Origin: an uncultured Gemmatimonadales bacterium
GTDB lineage: Bacteria > Gemmatimonadota > Gemmatimonadetes > Gemmatimonadales > GWC2-71-9
DNA: 64,000 nt
Assembly (NCBI GenBank): GCA_963826065.1
Contig: CAWGVP010000002.1
Span: 243,361 to 307,360 of the forward strand
Direction of reading: 5' to 3'
Shown: piece by piece, positions 53,612-62,509 of the stretch
How the letters are laid out: each line of letters starts with the position of its first letter
How positions within the stretch are numbered: position 1 is the stretch's first letter
Program-made: the position numbers and the translations under genes
Notes under the pieces: model-generated
Told to the model about the DNA's origin: nothing
Databases searched by the model: none
What the model saw: the letters and a program-made list of their open reading frames with translations, nothing else

Positions 53612-54670
53612 TCAGACCGCCTCCTGCTCCTGCCGGCTCGCCATCCGCAGCGCATCCACCAGCTCATCCAACCGGCCGTCGATCACGTCGGCCAGGTTGT
53701 GGACCGAGAGATTGATCCGGTGATCGGTCACACGGCTCTGGGGGAAGTTGTAGGTCCTGATCTTCGCGGAGCGATCGCCGGTGCCCACCATCGCGCGACG
53801 GTCGCGAGAACGGGCCGCCTCCTGTTCCGCCAGCATCCGGTCCAGCAGCCGGGCGCGCAGCACCTCCATCGCCTTGAGCTTGTTCTGCTGCTGCGACTTC
53901 TGGTCCTGTTGGCTGACCACCAGCCCGGTGGGCAGGTGGGTGATCCGGACCGCGCTGTCGGTGGTATTCACGCTCTGGCCGCCGGGCCCGGAGGAGCGGA
54001 ACACATCCACCCGGATGTCCTTGTCCTCGATCTTCACGTCTACCTCTTCGGCCTCCGGCAACACCGCGACGGTGGCGGCGGAGGTGTGGATGCGCCCCTG
54101 CGTCTCGGTGGCGGGAACCCGCTGGACCCGGTGGACGCCCGACTCCCGCCGCAGCAGGCCGAATGCTCCGTCGCCGCGGACGGCGACGATCGCCTCCTTG
54201 AGCCCACCGAGCGTTCCCTCGCTGAGCGCCATGGGCTCCCAGCTCAGGCCGTTCCGCTCGCTGAAGCGCTGGTACATGCGGTAGAGGTCGGCCGCGAAAA
54301 GCGCGGCCTCGTCACCCCCGGTGCCGGCGCGGATCTCGATGATGGCGTCTCGGACGTCGTGCGGGTCCTGCGGCAGGAGCAGCGCATGCAGCTCTTCGCC
54401 GAGCGCCGCGATCTCGGGAGTCAGACGTGCGACATCCGCCCGGGCCATGGCGGCGAGCTCGGCATCGGCCTCATCGACCAGCTCGCGCGCCTCGCCGAGC
54501 TCCTGCTCCAGCCGCGCGAGCCGCTGGGCCAGACGCACCACGGGCGCGAGCCGCGTGTGCTCGCGCCCGAGCGACTTGAGCTGGGCCGGGTCCCGGGCGA
54601 CGATCGGGTCGGACAGCGCCCGGCCGACCTCCTCCGCCCGCTGGAGTGCCTGGCGGAGCCTCCCCTCCAC
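53612..54670 (-). CDS. prfA: peptide chain release factor 1
   Basis: RVPATETQGRIHTS (PxT tripeptide PAT), SGPGGQSVNTT. Confidence 0.95.
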   Translation of the reverse strand: MEGRLRQALQRAEEVGRALSDPIVARDPAQLKSLGREHTRLAPVVRLAQRLARLEQELGEARELVDEADAELAAMARADVARLTPEIAALGEELHALLLPQDPHDVRDAIIEIRAGTGGDEAALFAADLYRMYQRFSERNGLSWEPMALSEGTLGGLKEAIVAVRGDGAFGLLRRESGVHRVQRVPATETQGRIHTSAATVAVLPEAEEVDVKIEDKDIRVDVFRSSGPGGQSVNTTDSAVRITHLPTGLVVSQQDQKSQQQNKLKAMEVLRARLLDRMLAEQEAARSRDRRAMVGTGDRSAKIRTYNFPQSRVTDHRINLSVHNLADVIDGRLDELVDALRMASRQEQEAV

Positions 54671-54673
54671 GGG

Positions 54674-54898
54674 TTACGCCTTGGGCGCCGCGGCTGCCGG
54701 CTCGGTCTGGTACTTCCGCCGGAACCGGTCCACCCGGCCGGCGGTATCGACGAGGCGCTGCTTGCCCGTGAAGTATGGATGGCACTGCGCGCACACTTCG
54801 ACGTGGATCGAGTCCGCGGTGGAGCGCGTCTCGAACGAGTTGCCGCAGGCACACACGGCGGTGAGCTTGCGATACACCGGATGAAGGTCGGCCTTCAC
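54674..54898 (-). CDS. rpmE: 50S ribosomal protein L31
   Basis: [27 protein letters not shown]...[13 protein letters not shown]. Confidence 0.95.
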   Translation of the reverse strand: MKADLHPVYRKLTAVCACGNSFETRSTADSIHVEVCAQCHPYFTGKQRLVDTAGRVDRFRRKYQTEPAAAAPKA

Positions 54899-54961
54899 TG
54901 CGAACTCCTGGTTCTCGGTTAGCCGCTAAATCTAGACGCAACATGGGGCTAGTGGTAGTGT

Positions 54962-55055
54962 GGGCAGCCGGGCAGCCGGGCAGCAGGGCAAGTCGGACCT
55001 CGGCTCTCTGCTGGTGCCCCGCGTCCTCACTGCCCGCGGCCCCGCTGTCCCGCGC
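54962..55055. repeat. inverted pair of 8-mer micro-arrays (GGGCAGCC x3 ... CTGCCCGCGGCCCCGCTGTCCCGC)
   Basis: G-rich arm 54962-54989, C-rich arm 55030-55055, in the rpmE / crp-like divergent spacer. Confidence 0.7.
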
Positions 55056-55059
55056 TCCG

Positions 55060-55088
55060 TTGACATGCCCACCGGCCGCAAGTATGCT
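55060..55088 (+). promoter_or_regulatory. candidate promoter TTGACA-17 nt-TATGCT for the Crp/Fnr-family gene
   Basis: Near-consensus hexamers seen directly; the -10 overlaps ATG 55084, which would push the real start to GTG 55117 or 55123 (GGTGAGG upstream). Confidence 0.45.
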
Positions 55089-55800
55089 ATCCCCAACTAC
55101 TTCCGCTTTCGGTGAGGTGCCCGTGCCGCTGTCCCCGTCCGAGGTCCTGCGTAAGGTCCCCCTGTTTTCCGGTCTGGGTGAGGCGGACCTGGCGGCATTC
55201 GCCGATCTGACCCGCGAGCGCAGTTACCCCAAGGGCAGCGTGATCGTCTTCGAAGACGATCCCGGCGACGCCCTCTTTCTCGTGGCAGCCGGCCAGGTCA
55301 AGGTCGTGCTGATCGCGGAGGACGGCCGTGAAGTCATCCTCTCCGTGCTGGGAGAGGGCAGCTTCTTCGGCGAGATGGCCGTGATCGACGAGGAGCCGAG
55401 ATCCGCCCACGTCATCGCGATGGAAGACTCGAGCCTGCTGGTCCTTCGGCGGGAGGACTTCCATGCCCGTCTGCGGCACTCGCCGGAGGTGGCGATCTCG
55501 CTCCTGAGGGAGATCTCGCGCCGGCTCCGCCGCGCGGACGAGAAAATCGGCAGCCTGGTCCTCCTCGACGTCAACGGACGGGTCGCCCACCTGCTCCTGC
55601 GGATGGCGGAAGACGAGGGGGGCGACCGCATCACCCGCAAGCTGACCCACCACACCATCGCCCAGATGATCGGCTCCAGCCGCGAAACGGTGTCACGGAC
55701 CATGCGGAACCTGGTGGAGCGAGGCATCATCGCGGTGACCCGCAAGGACATAACGCTCAAGGATCGACACTCGCTCATGCTCGCCGCCCGCCGGGCGTGA
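55084..55800 (+). CDS. Crp/Fnr family transcriptional regulator
   Basis: cNMP-binding fold FFGEMAVIDEEPRSAHVIA; HTH TIAQMIGSSRETVSRTMRNL; start may be GTG 55123. Confidence 0.85.
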   Translation: MLSPTTSAFGEVPVPLSPSEVLRKVPLFSGLGEADLAAFADLTRERSYPKGSVIVFEDDPGDALFLVAAGQVKVVLIAEDGREVILSVLGEGSFFGEMAVIDEEPRSAHVIAMEDSSLLVLRREDFHARLRHSPEVAISLLREISRRLRRADEKIGSLVLLDVNGRVAHLLLRMAEDEGGDRITRKLTHHTIAQMIGSSRETVSRTMRNLVERGIIAVTRKDITLKDRHSLMLAARRA

Positions 55801-55863
55801 GCACAGTCACGGATCCCTGGTGACTGTGGCCGTTGCCGGAAGGACCCGGAACGGAAGACGTTC

Positions 55864-56763
55864 GTGTATGTCCCCTCCAGTCCCGGGGCTCCCCTCGTGA
55901 CCTACACGCTGAGGTTCTGGGGAACCCGCGGCTCCATTCCGACTCCCGGCCCGAAGACCGCCCGCTATGGTGGCAACACGGCGTGCGTGAGCGTGGCCGG
56001 CCCGGATGGCCGTCTCGTGATCCTCGATGCCGGGAGCGGGCTCCGGCCGCTCGGTCACGAGCTGATGGTCGGCCGTGACGGCGCGATCTCAGCGGACATT
56101 CTGCTCTCCCACACGCATTGGGACCACATTCAGGGCCTCCCGTTCTTCAAGCCCCTCAGCGCTCCCGGGAATTCATTCTGTATTCTCGGCGCGGCACAGG
56201 AGGGGGTCGCCCTGGAGGAAATTCTGCGCCGTCAGATGGACCCGATGGTGTTCCCGGTACCGCTCCGCGCCCTCGCCGCGGCTATCCAGGTCAAGGAGAT
56301 CACCGAGGGGAACGTGGTCCTGCCCGACTTCGTGGTGTCCGCGTTCCGGCTACGCCATCCCGGCACCACGCTCGGCTACCGGCTGGCGCCGGCCTCGGGC
56401 GGCCGCGACGTCGCCTACCTCACCGACAATGAGCTGGGTGACGGGGCCCGCTACCCGGTGGGGGCCCACTGGCGCACGCGTCTGGTGAAATTCTTGTCCG
56501 GCGCCGACACGCTGATTCACGATGCGATGTACGCCGAGCAGATCATCCACGCCCGCTGCGGATGGGGCCACTCGACGCCGCATCAGGCCGTCGCGCTGGC
56601 CGCGGAAGCGGGTTGCCGCCGGCTGATCCTCTTCCACCACGAGCCGGAGCACGACGACGACGCGCTCGACCGGTTGCTCGACGATACCCGCCGGCACGCC
56701 GCCCGGACCGCGGGGAGTCTCGAGGTGGATGCCGCGAAGGAAGGGATGGAGTTTCCACTCTGA
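55864..56763 (+). CDS. MBL-fold metallo-hydrolase
   Basis: LLSHTHWDHIQGLPFF (HxHxDH); start 55864 or 55897. Confidence 0.8.
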   Translation: MYVPSSPGAPLVTYTLRFWGTRGSIPTPGPKTARYGGNTACVSVAGPDGRLVILDAGSGLRPLGHELMVGRDGAISADILLSHTHWDHIQGLPFFKPLSAPGNSFCILGAAQEGVALEEILRRQMDPMVFPVPLRALAAAIQVKEITEGNVVLPDFVVSAFRLRHPGTTLGYRLAPASGGRDVAYLTDNELGDGARYPVGAHWRTRLVKFLSGADTLIHDAMYAEQIIHARCGWGHSTPHQAVALAAEAGCRRLILFHHEPEHDDDALDRLLDDTRRHAARTAGSLEVDAAKEGMEFPL

Positions 56764-56774
56764 GGAGGCGGCCG

Positions 56775-57467
56775 ATGCGAACGGCTTCGGGTTGGATCGC
56801 GGCCCTGGCGACCTTCGTCGCCGCGTCGCCGGCGATGCCTCAGGACGGCACGGCCCGCTTCGCGGTACTCCCGCTGGAGAACACCGGCTCCTACGGTCAG
56901 GACAAGGAAGTGTTCGAGGCCCTGGAGCTCGGCCTCGCCGGGATGCTCGCGCGTGCCATCGACCGCCACCCGGCCGCCGACGTGGTGGCGCGATCGCAAC
57001 TCTCCCAGGCGATGGGCACGCTCACACCCGGCGCCGGCCGACGGGTGGATGCGGCCGACGCAACCCGGATCGGCAAGGAGACCGGCGCCCGGTATACCGT
57101 CACGGGAAGCTTCGCGGATTTCTATGGAAAGTTCCGAATCAACGCCCGGCTGGTCGATGCGCGGAGCGGCGAGATCGTGAAGGTCGTCTCCAACGACGAC
57201 CCCAAGCTACAGGACCGGGCCCAGCTGGCGGCCATCATTCAGCATGTGGCACAGAAGATCACGGCCGCCGCGGGATTGCCCCCCTATCCCTCGGGCGCGG
57301 CCGCGCCGTCGATCGCGACCGACGCCATCACCGCGTACAGCCGGGCGCTGCTGCACGAGAGCCGGGGTGATCGCGCCAAGGCCGCCGACCTTTACCAGAG
57401 CGCGCTCACCTCGGCGCCGGGATTCGAGGAGGCCACTGACGGCCTGGCGCGCGTCCGGGGCCCCTGA
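56775..57467 (+). CDS. periplasmic protein, TolB-N/LpoB-like alpha/beta domain plus TPR-like tail
   Basis: Signal peptide; FAVLPLENTG...IGKETGARYTVTGSF...INARLVDARSGEIV; GAGGAGG before ATG 56775. Confidence 0.55.
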   Translation: MRTASGWIAALATFVAASPAMPQDGTARFAVLPLENTGSYGQDKEVFEALELGLAGMLARAIDRHPAADVVARSQLSQAMGTLTPGAGRRVDAADATRIGKETGARYTVTGSFADFYGKFRINARLVDARSGEIVKVVSNDDPKLQDRAQLAAIIQHVAQKITAAAGLPPYPSGAAAPSIATDAITAYSRALLHESRGDRAKAADLYQSALTSAPGFEEATDGLARVRGP

Positions 57468-58737
57468 GCGCCAGGGCGAACCCGAGATGGATCGGCAGGG
57501 TCAGCGCGATCACGGGGCCGTTGACCTGATCGAGTTCCGGCAACACCTGAAGCAACAGCCCCAGCAGTGAGAGCGCCGCCAGTCCAAGGGTGAGCCCGCG
57601 AGCCCATCGTGCGCCACGGACGGAGCCGGCAATCGCCATCGGCACCAGAATCGCCAGGCCCAGCACGAGCGGATTCACCTGAAGCAGATTCTCGTTCCGG
57701 TAGGCCATGGCGTGATCGGTGAACGCCCAGAGTCCCGCGAGCACGATTCCTCCGAGTCCGCCCAACAATCCCCACAGCACCGACAGAGTTCCGAGCAGAA
57801 GCCGTCCTGGCCGTCCGGTGCGCCCCATTCTCCCGAGGGCGGCGACCAGGGCGCCGACGAGCGTGCCGATCAGCAGGTACCATGGCAGCCATGGTGGCGG
57901 CGCGTCCGGCGGCGGCTCCGCGGTGGACTCGAAGAGCGTGCGCTCGCCCGCGACCAGCGGCACCGGGTTGCCGTCGGGCCCGGCAATCGTGACCCCGCGG
58001 ATGTGATCTCGCAGGGCCAGCGGCAGGAACATCTCTTCCCAGGCGGAGATCGGCCGGTCCACCCCCGGACCGAGCGCGAGCAGCAGCCCGGTGTAGATCG
58101 GCGGATCGTTCGCCGTGAGACGCTGGGTGTGGAATCGGTAGGTCGTTCCGGTGGGGACCGTGTCGGTTCGGGCCTTGATGGCGCCGCCGATGACCCGGTC
58201 GATCGCGTCGCGAACCCGGGTGGAGCAGTTGTCGTCGTAATAGTCGTAGTGATAGAACCGATTCTCCGGACGCTCGTTCCAGCGAAGGAAATCCCGCAGC
58301 TCGGCGCGTGCCCGCAGCGGCAGGTTCAGCTCCTGGAGCCAGACCGAGCGATTGTCGCGGACGTAGCTCTGAACATACGGCGCCGCCGGGATGCCGGCCA
58401 TCCAGTACCACATCTGCCCGCGAATGAAGCGCAGCAGGAAATTTTCCTGATTGAAGTCGAACAGGCCGTAGTTGTAGGTGGTGTCGGGCTCGGCGGCGGG
58501 GTCGTGGATCCAGATGGCGTTGTGGCCGAACCGCTCCCAGACCTGGGCACCGGGCCCCATCGTCATGAGGTAGACGCGGAGAGGCGGGGCCGCGGGGCTG
58601 CGGGGCAGCGGGGCCGCGGGAGCCTGCGAGAGTACCGTTCCGGGTCCAAGCAGCGCGAGAAGCAACGTCGAGACCGACGCCACGACGCACTTGGTCCGGC
58701 TGCCCCTCCGCCCCGCTGCCCCGCTTTCCCGCTTCAC
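57406..58737 (-). CDS. DUF4105 (Lnb N-terminal periplasmic domain)-containing membrane protein
   Basis: ERFGHNAIWIHD...YNYGLFDF...YHYDYYDDNCSTRVRD; several C-terminal TM helices; GTGA overlap with upstream gene. Confidence 0.65.
   Translation of the reverse strand: MKRESGAAGRRGSRTKCVVASVSTLLLALLGPGTVLSQAPAAPLPRSPAAPPLRVYLMTMGPGAQVWERFGHNAIWIHDPAAEPDTTYNYGLFDFNQENFLLRFIRGQMWYWMAGIPAAPYVQSYVRDNRSVWLQELNLPLRARAELRDFLRWNERPENRFYHYDYYDDNCSTRVRDAIDRVIGGAIKARTDTVPTGTTYRFHTQRLTANDPPIYTGLLLALGPGVDRPISAWEEMFLPLALRDHIRGVTIAGPDGNPVPLVAGERTLFESTAEPPPDAPPPWLPWYLLIGTLVGALVAALGRMGRTGRPGRLLLGTLSVLWGLLGGLGGIVLAGLWAFTDHAMAYRNENLLQVNPLVLGLAILVPMAIAGSVRGARWARGLTLGLAALSLLGLLLQVLPELDQVNGPVIALTLPIHLGFALALRGPGRAPGRQWPPRIPAPR
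58584..58733. repeat. inverted pair of GGGGCNGC-type micro-arrays lying inside the 5' end of the DUF4105 gene
   Basis: 58584-58620 GGGGCCGCGGGGCTGCGGGGCAGCGGGGCCGCGGG; 58699-58733 GGCTGCCCCTCCGCCCCGCTGCCCCGCTTTCCCGC. Confidence 0.7.
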
Positions 58738-59762
58738 AGCTCCACGTCTCGCCCGTCCTCGGCCGAGCGGTAGATCGCGTCGATCACCTTATGCAGCACC
58801 AGGTGGTCCTGGAGCGAAGGAATCTTCGCCTCCCCGGCGAGCGCGGCCTCGAAGTGGGCCCACTCCGCGCGGTAGGAGGCGGTGAAGGCGTTCTCCCGGC
58901 TGCCCGAGCCCGTGGGCGAGACGTCGACCGGCACGCCGTGCATCTCCTTCCATACCGTGAGCGGGTTGATCGCGGCGCTCCCCTTGGTGCCGCGGACGCC
59001 GACGCCGAACCGCTCGCCTCCGCCAAGATGGTGCCAGGTCACGTCGACGAAGAGCGACATCCCGTTGCCGCACACCACGAACGCGCTGCCGGACTGTTCC
59101 ACCGCGCGATCCTTGCCGCTGACATCCAGGTTGGCGCTGACCCTGGCCGGCACGGGATTGCCGCCGAGCCAGAGGCCGAGGTCGAGGATGGAGAGGCCGA
59201 GATCGAGGATCGCCCCGCCGCCCGCCTGGTCCCGCCGCTGCCGCCAGCCGAGCTGGGCCCGGCTGGGCCGGAACACGTGCCAGCTCCCCCGCACGCTCTC
59301 GATCGTGCCCAGCTCGCCGCTCTGCACGAAGCTGCGAACGATCTGCACGTCGGGCCGGTAGCGGTGATTCACGCCGACCATCACCACGCGGTCCCGCTTC
59401 TCCGCCGCGCGGATGATCCGCTGGGCGCTCGCCGCCGACATGGCCAGCGGTTTCTCCACCAGGACATGGAGGTTCGCGGACAGCGCCGCCAGGATGTGCG
59501 ACTCGTGGAGGTGATTGGGCGAGCAGATTACCACGGCGTCGAGCGTCTCGAAGCGAAGCAGGTCCTCGATGTCGTCGAAGGCATCCTTCACCGCGAACCG
59601 GTCGGCCAGGGCCCTGGCCTTCGGCAGGTCGGTGTCGCAGATGGCCTGGACCTCGATGGTCTTGAGCTTCTTGAGCACCGGCAGGTGGGCGACCTGGGTG
59701 ATGGCGCCCCCGCCGATGATCCCGACCTTGATCCGCTCGCTGCCGGACCGGCTGGCGGTCAT
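58734..59762 (-). CDS. Gfo/Idh/MocA family oxidoreductase
   Basis: IKVGIIGGGAITQVAHLP...VVICSPNHLH...VLVEKPLA; ATG 59762 preceded by GGAGGAG. Confidence 0.85.
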   Translation of the reverse strand: MTASRSGSERIKVGIIGGGAITQVAHLPVLKKLKTIEVQAICDTDLPKARALADRFAVKDAFDDIEDLLRFETLDAVVICSPNHLHESHILAALSANLHVLVEKPLAMSAASAQRIIRAAEKRDRVVMVGVNHRYRPDVQIVRSFVQSGELGTIESVRGSWHVFRPSRAQLGWRQRRDQAGGGAILDLGLSILDLGLWLGGNPVPARVSANLDVSGKDRAVEQSGSAFVVCGNGMSLFVDVTWHHLGGGERFGVGVRGTKGSAAINPLTVWKEMHGVPVDVSPTGSGSRENAFTASYRAEWAHFEAALAGEAKIPSLQDHLVLHKVIDAIYRSAEDGRDVEL

Positions 59763-59772
59763 GCGCTCCTCC

Positions 59773-61119
59773 TCAGTAGAGGCGCTGAAGCACGGCGCCG
59801 GGGTAGTACGCCGCGAGGATGCGTTGAAAATCCTGCCCGGCCCGGGAACGTCCGACCGCGCCCCACTGGCAGAGCCCGACGCCGTGCCCCGCCCCACGGC
59901 CCTCAGCGACCAGGTGAGTGATCTCCCGGCCGGCCCCGGTCGCGGTGAGCGTGAAGGCCGCGCTGCGCAGCAGATCGCCCGATGCCGGGCGCAGGACCTG
60001 TCGGACCGAGGGGCCGTTCACCATGACCTGATTGGACGGCAGGGTGATCGCGAGCCGGCCCACCCGACCCGATCCGGTCCGCTCCGCGACCCAGACGTCC
60101 CGAACCTCGCGCACCTCGCCCGCCGGAACCTTCGCGACCGCGGGCAGGGTCCGGCTGAGCGTCGTCCGGAGGGAGCGGCCCGACCACTCTTCCCGCCAGC
60201 GGTAACGCGGCGACATGCGGCAGTAGGCCTCACCGTTCTCGTCCACATCCGGGAACGACCTCAGGTACGGTCGCGAGGCCGCGCGGAACGCCTCCACCCC
60301 ATCGGCAGTCTGGCCGCCGCAGGTCGAATAGTAGAAGGCGTCGATCGGCGCCCCCCCGTGCGTCAGCGTCATGCCGCGGGTGGACCGCACAGCGTCGAGC
60401 CCCTCCGGCGTTTCCGAGCCGCTCCCGGCATACACCTGGTCGGCCACGCCGGCGTGGAGATCGAAGCCCAGCGCGGAGCGGCGGCCCATGTTGCGCAGCG
60501 CGTAGGTTCGGGAGACGACAGCCTGGGCCTTGAGCGCCTCGAATTCCGCCAGATTCCGCCGGCCCATCTCCGCCGAGACCACGCCGAGCAGGTAGGACTC
60601 CAGCGGAACCCGGTTGACCAGCGTGAGGCCGGCCGTGTCGCGCACGATCTCCACGATGCCGCGATAGGTCCGGTCATTCACCCGCACCGTGCCCGCGGGA
60701 TCGCTGGCGATGATCGCGATCATCTCGGAAGGTGTGGAGCCGGGACCGCCGGGCGCCTGAGCCGACACTCCGATGCCCGACGGCGACACTCGCCACCGTT
60801 CCCCCGCGGGGATCGCCGCCAGCCGGGCACCGCTCGGGTCGGCCACCACGAGGTCACCGCCACCGCCGACCGTCGCGGACGACACCCCGACGGCCAGGCC
60901 GATGCGGATCTGCGGCTCGCCGGCCTCCGCCGTCCGCTCCGGGGCCGGTTCCGCGGGCCGCTCACGCGGTCGCTGTCCCGGCTGCTCCGGGGCGCGCTCG
61001 GGCGCGGGTTGCTCGGGGGGAGGGCCTGCCGGGGTGCAGCTGCCGATGGCCCCCAGCCCCGCCGCCACGGCCAGCGCGGCGCCGGCGAGGACGCGACGCT
61101 CAGCCGCGGTAATTGCCAA
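59773..61119 (-). CDS. SpoIID/LytB domain-containing protein
   Basis: LESYLLGVVSAEMG...QAVVSRTYAL...FYYSTCGGQTA. Confidence 0.85.
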   Translation of the reverse strand: MAITAAERRVLAGAALAVAAGLGAIGSCTPAGPPPEQPAPERAPEQPGQRPRERPAEPAPERTAEAGEPQIRIGLAVGVSSATVGGGGDLVVADPSGARLAAIPAGERWRVSPSGIGVSAQAPGGPGSTPSEMIAIIASDPAGTVRVNDRTYRGIVEIVRDTAGLTLVNRVPLESYLLGVVSAEMGRRNLAEFEALKAQAVVSRTYALRNMGRRSALGFDLHAGVADQVYAGSGSETPEGLDAVRSTRGMTLTHGGAPIDAFYYSTCGGQTADGVEAFRAASRPYLRSFPDVDENGEAYCRMSPRYRWREEWSGRSLRTTLSRTLPAVAKVPAGEVREVRDVWVAERTGSGRVGRLAITLPSNQVMVNGPSVRQVLRPASGDLLRSAAFTLTATGAGREITHLVAEGRGAGHGVGLCQWGAVGRSRAGQDFQRILAAYYPGAVLQRLY

Positions 61120-61603
61120 ACTTGAGCTCGATGCCGAAGTCCTCGCCTCGCAGCATCGCGATGACCGACTGCAGCTCGTCCTTCGACGGGCTGGTCACCC
61201 GGATCTCATCGCCCTGGATCGACGCCTGGGTTTTCTTGAACCCGCCGTCCTTCACCGCCTTCACGATCTTCTTGGCGACGTCCTGGGGTATGCCCTGGGT
61301 GAGACTGACGACCCTCCGGACCGACTGGCCGGTGCCCTGGATCAGGTCCCCGGTCTTGAGGTTCTTCACCGGCACCCCGCGCTTGATCATCCGGCCCTGA
61401 AGCACGTCGAGCAGCGCGTCCATGCGGAATTCGTCATCGGCCCCGAGTCGGATCTCCGCCTTGGGACGGTCGAATTCGATGGTGCAGTGGGTGCCCTTGA
61501 AGTCGTATCGCTGGGCGATCTCCTTCAGGGCCTGATTGACGGCGTTGTCGACCTCCTGGAGGTCGGCACCCGTGGAGATATCGAAGGAGGCGTTGCTGGC
61601 CAT
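61100..61603 (-). CDS. yajQ: YajQ family (UPF0234) nucleotide / cyclic-di-GMP-binding protein
   Basis: SFDISTGADLQEVDNAVNQALKEIAQRYDFKG...GNYRG. Confidence 0.9.
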   Translation of the reverse strand: MASNASFDISTGADLQEVDNAVNQALKEIAQRYDFKGTHCTIEFDRPKAEIRLGADDEFRMDALLDVLQGRMIKRGVPVKNLKTGDLIQGTGQSVRRVVSLTQGIPQDVAKKIVKAVKDGGFKKTQASIQGDEIRVTSPSKDELQSVIAMLRGEDFGIELKFGNYRG

Positions 61604-61696
61604 GGTCGGTGGTGGATCCGGGACGGAGACGACGTTGCGGAAGAAGGATTACCCCTCCGCTTCGCGCGGGCAAGGCGCGACGAAGGGAGGAACAGC

Positions 61697-61725
61697 TTGA
61701 CAGCGACGGCTCGGAATCCTAGCGT
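61697..61725 (+). promoter_or_regulatory. candidate promoter TTGACA-17 nt-TAGCGT
   Basis: Seen in the 297-bp spacer between yajQ and the carbonic anhydrase gene. Confidence 0.35.
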
Positions 61726-61830
61726 AACCTCATGACTCTCGCCGCGACGCGTCGGAGCTGCACCTGTCCCTGTCCGGACCTCATTCTGGAGGCGCGGCGG
61801 ACCTAGCTCGTTCATCTGAGAGACCTCGGG

Positions 61831-61870
61831 GCCCGGGCCGCTTCCAATGGTCCGGGCTCTTGTGCTTTCC
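61831..61870 (+). terminator. hairpin + U-rich tail in the 5' leader of the carbonic anhydrase gene (attenuator or sRNA end?)
   Basis: GCCCGGGCC (61831-61839) pairs with GGTCCGGGC (61849-61857), one G-U; followed by TCTTGTGCTTTCC; 31 nt before ATG 61901. Confidence 0.35.
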
Positions 61871-61900
61871 GGGGTCCGTCCACATACGCGAGGAGACTAC

Positions 61901-62416
61901 ATGTCGGTCATCGACGAGCTGTTGCGGGCCAACGAGACGTACGCCAGGACCTTCGACCGGGGCAACCTTCCCCTCCCGCCTTCGCGGCAGCTCACCGTCC
62001 TCACCTGCATGGATGCACGCATTCTGCCGTCGCGGGCGCTTGGCCTGGAGGAGGGCGACGCCCACGTGATCCGGAACGCCGGGGGACGCGCCCGCGATGC
62101 GCTCAGATCCATCATCATCTCGCAGCGCCTGCTCGGCACCCGTGAGCTGGCGATCATCCATCATACCGACTGCGGGATGCTCACGTTCACCAACCGGGAT
62201 CTCAGGGAGAAGGTGCGCGAGGATCTGGGCCAGGACACCGGGGAGTTTGACTTCCTGCCGTTTCAGGACCTGGACGAGAGCGTGCGGCAGGACGTCGAGT
62301 TCCTCCAGGCGACACAGCTGCTCAATCCCGATACGCTGATCCGGGGCTTCGTGTACGACGTCAAGACCGGAAAGCTGCGCGAGGTAAAGGTCGAGGCAGG
62401 GGCGGCAGCGGAGTAG
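61901..62416 (+). CDS. beta-class carbonic anhydrase
   Basis: LTCMDARI, HVIRNAGG, IIHHTDCGM; GAGGAG before ATG 61901. Confidence 0.85.
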   Translation: MSVIDELLRANETYARTFDRGNLPLPPSRQLTVLTCMDARILPSRALGLEEGDAHVIRNAGGRARDALRSIIISQRLLGTRELAIIHHTDCGMLTFTNRDLREKVREDLGQDTGEFDFLPFQDLDESVRQDVEFLQATQLLNPDTLIRGFVYDVKTGKLREVKVEAGAAAE

Positions 62417-62428
62417 GCACGTCATCCT

Positions 62429-62494
62429 GTCACCCTGAACGAAGTGAAGGGAGCCATGCTGGATATGGCCCCCTTCGCTTCGCTCAGGGGTGAC
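62429..62494. repeat. REP-like long hairpin between convergent genes
   Basis: GTCACCCTGAACGAAGTGAAGGGAGCC (62429-62455) / GGCCCCCTTCGCTTCGCTCAGGGGTGAC (62467-62494); preceded by seed GTCATCCT 62421-62428. Confidence 0.8.
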
Positions 62495-62509
62495 ACGGTT
62501 CGTTCAGCG

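Noticed and set aside
54943-55083. N-terminal extensions of ORFs that start inside repeats: 54943.. for the Crp-like gene, 40555.. for the SPOR lipoprotein, 12768..13649 for rsmI, 16966.. for the UPF0104 protein.
   Set aside because: The extensions are encoded by REP or 8-mer repeat DNA, or they overlap the preceding gene. Downstream starts give canonical N-termini (lipobox, MATLYVV for RsmI) and Shine-Dalgarno sequences.
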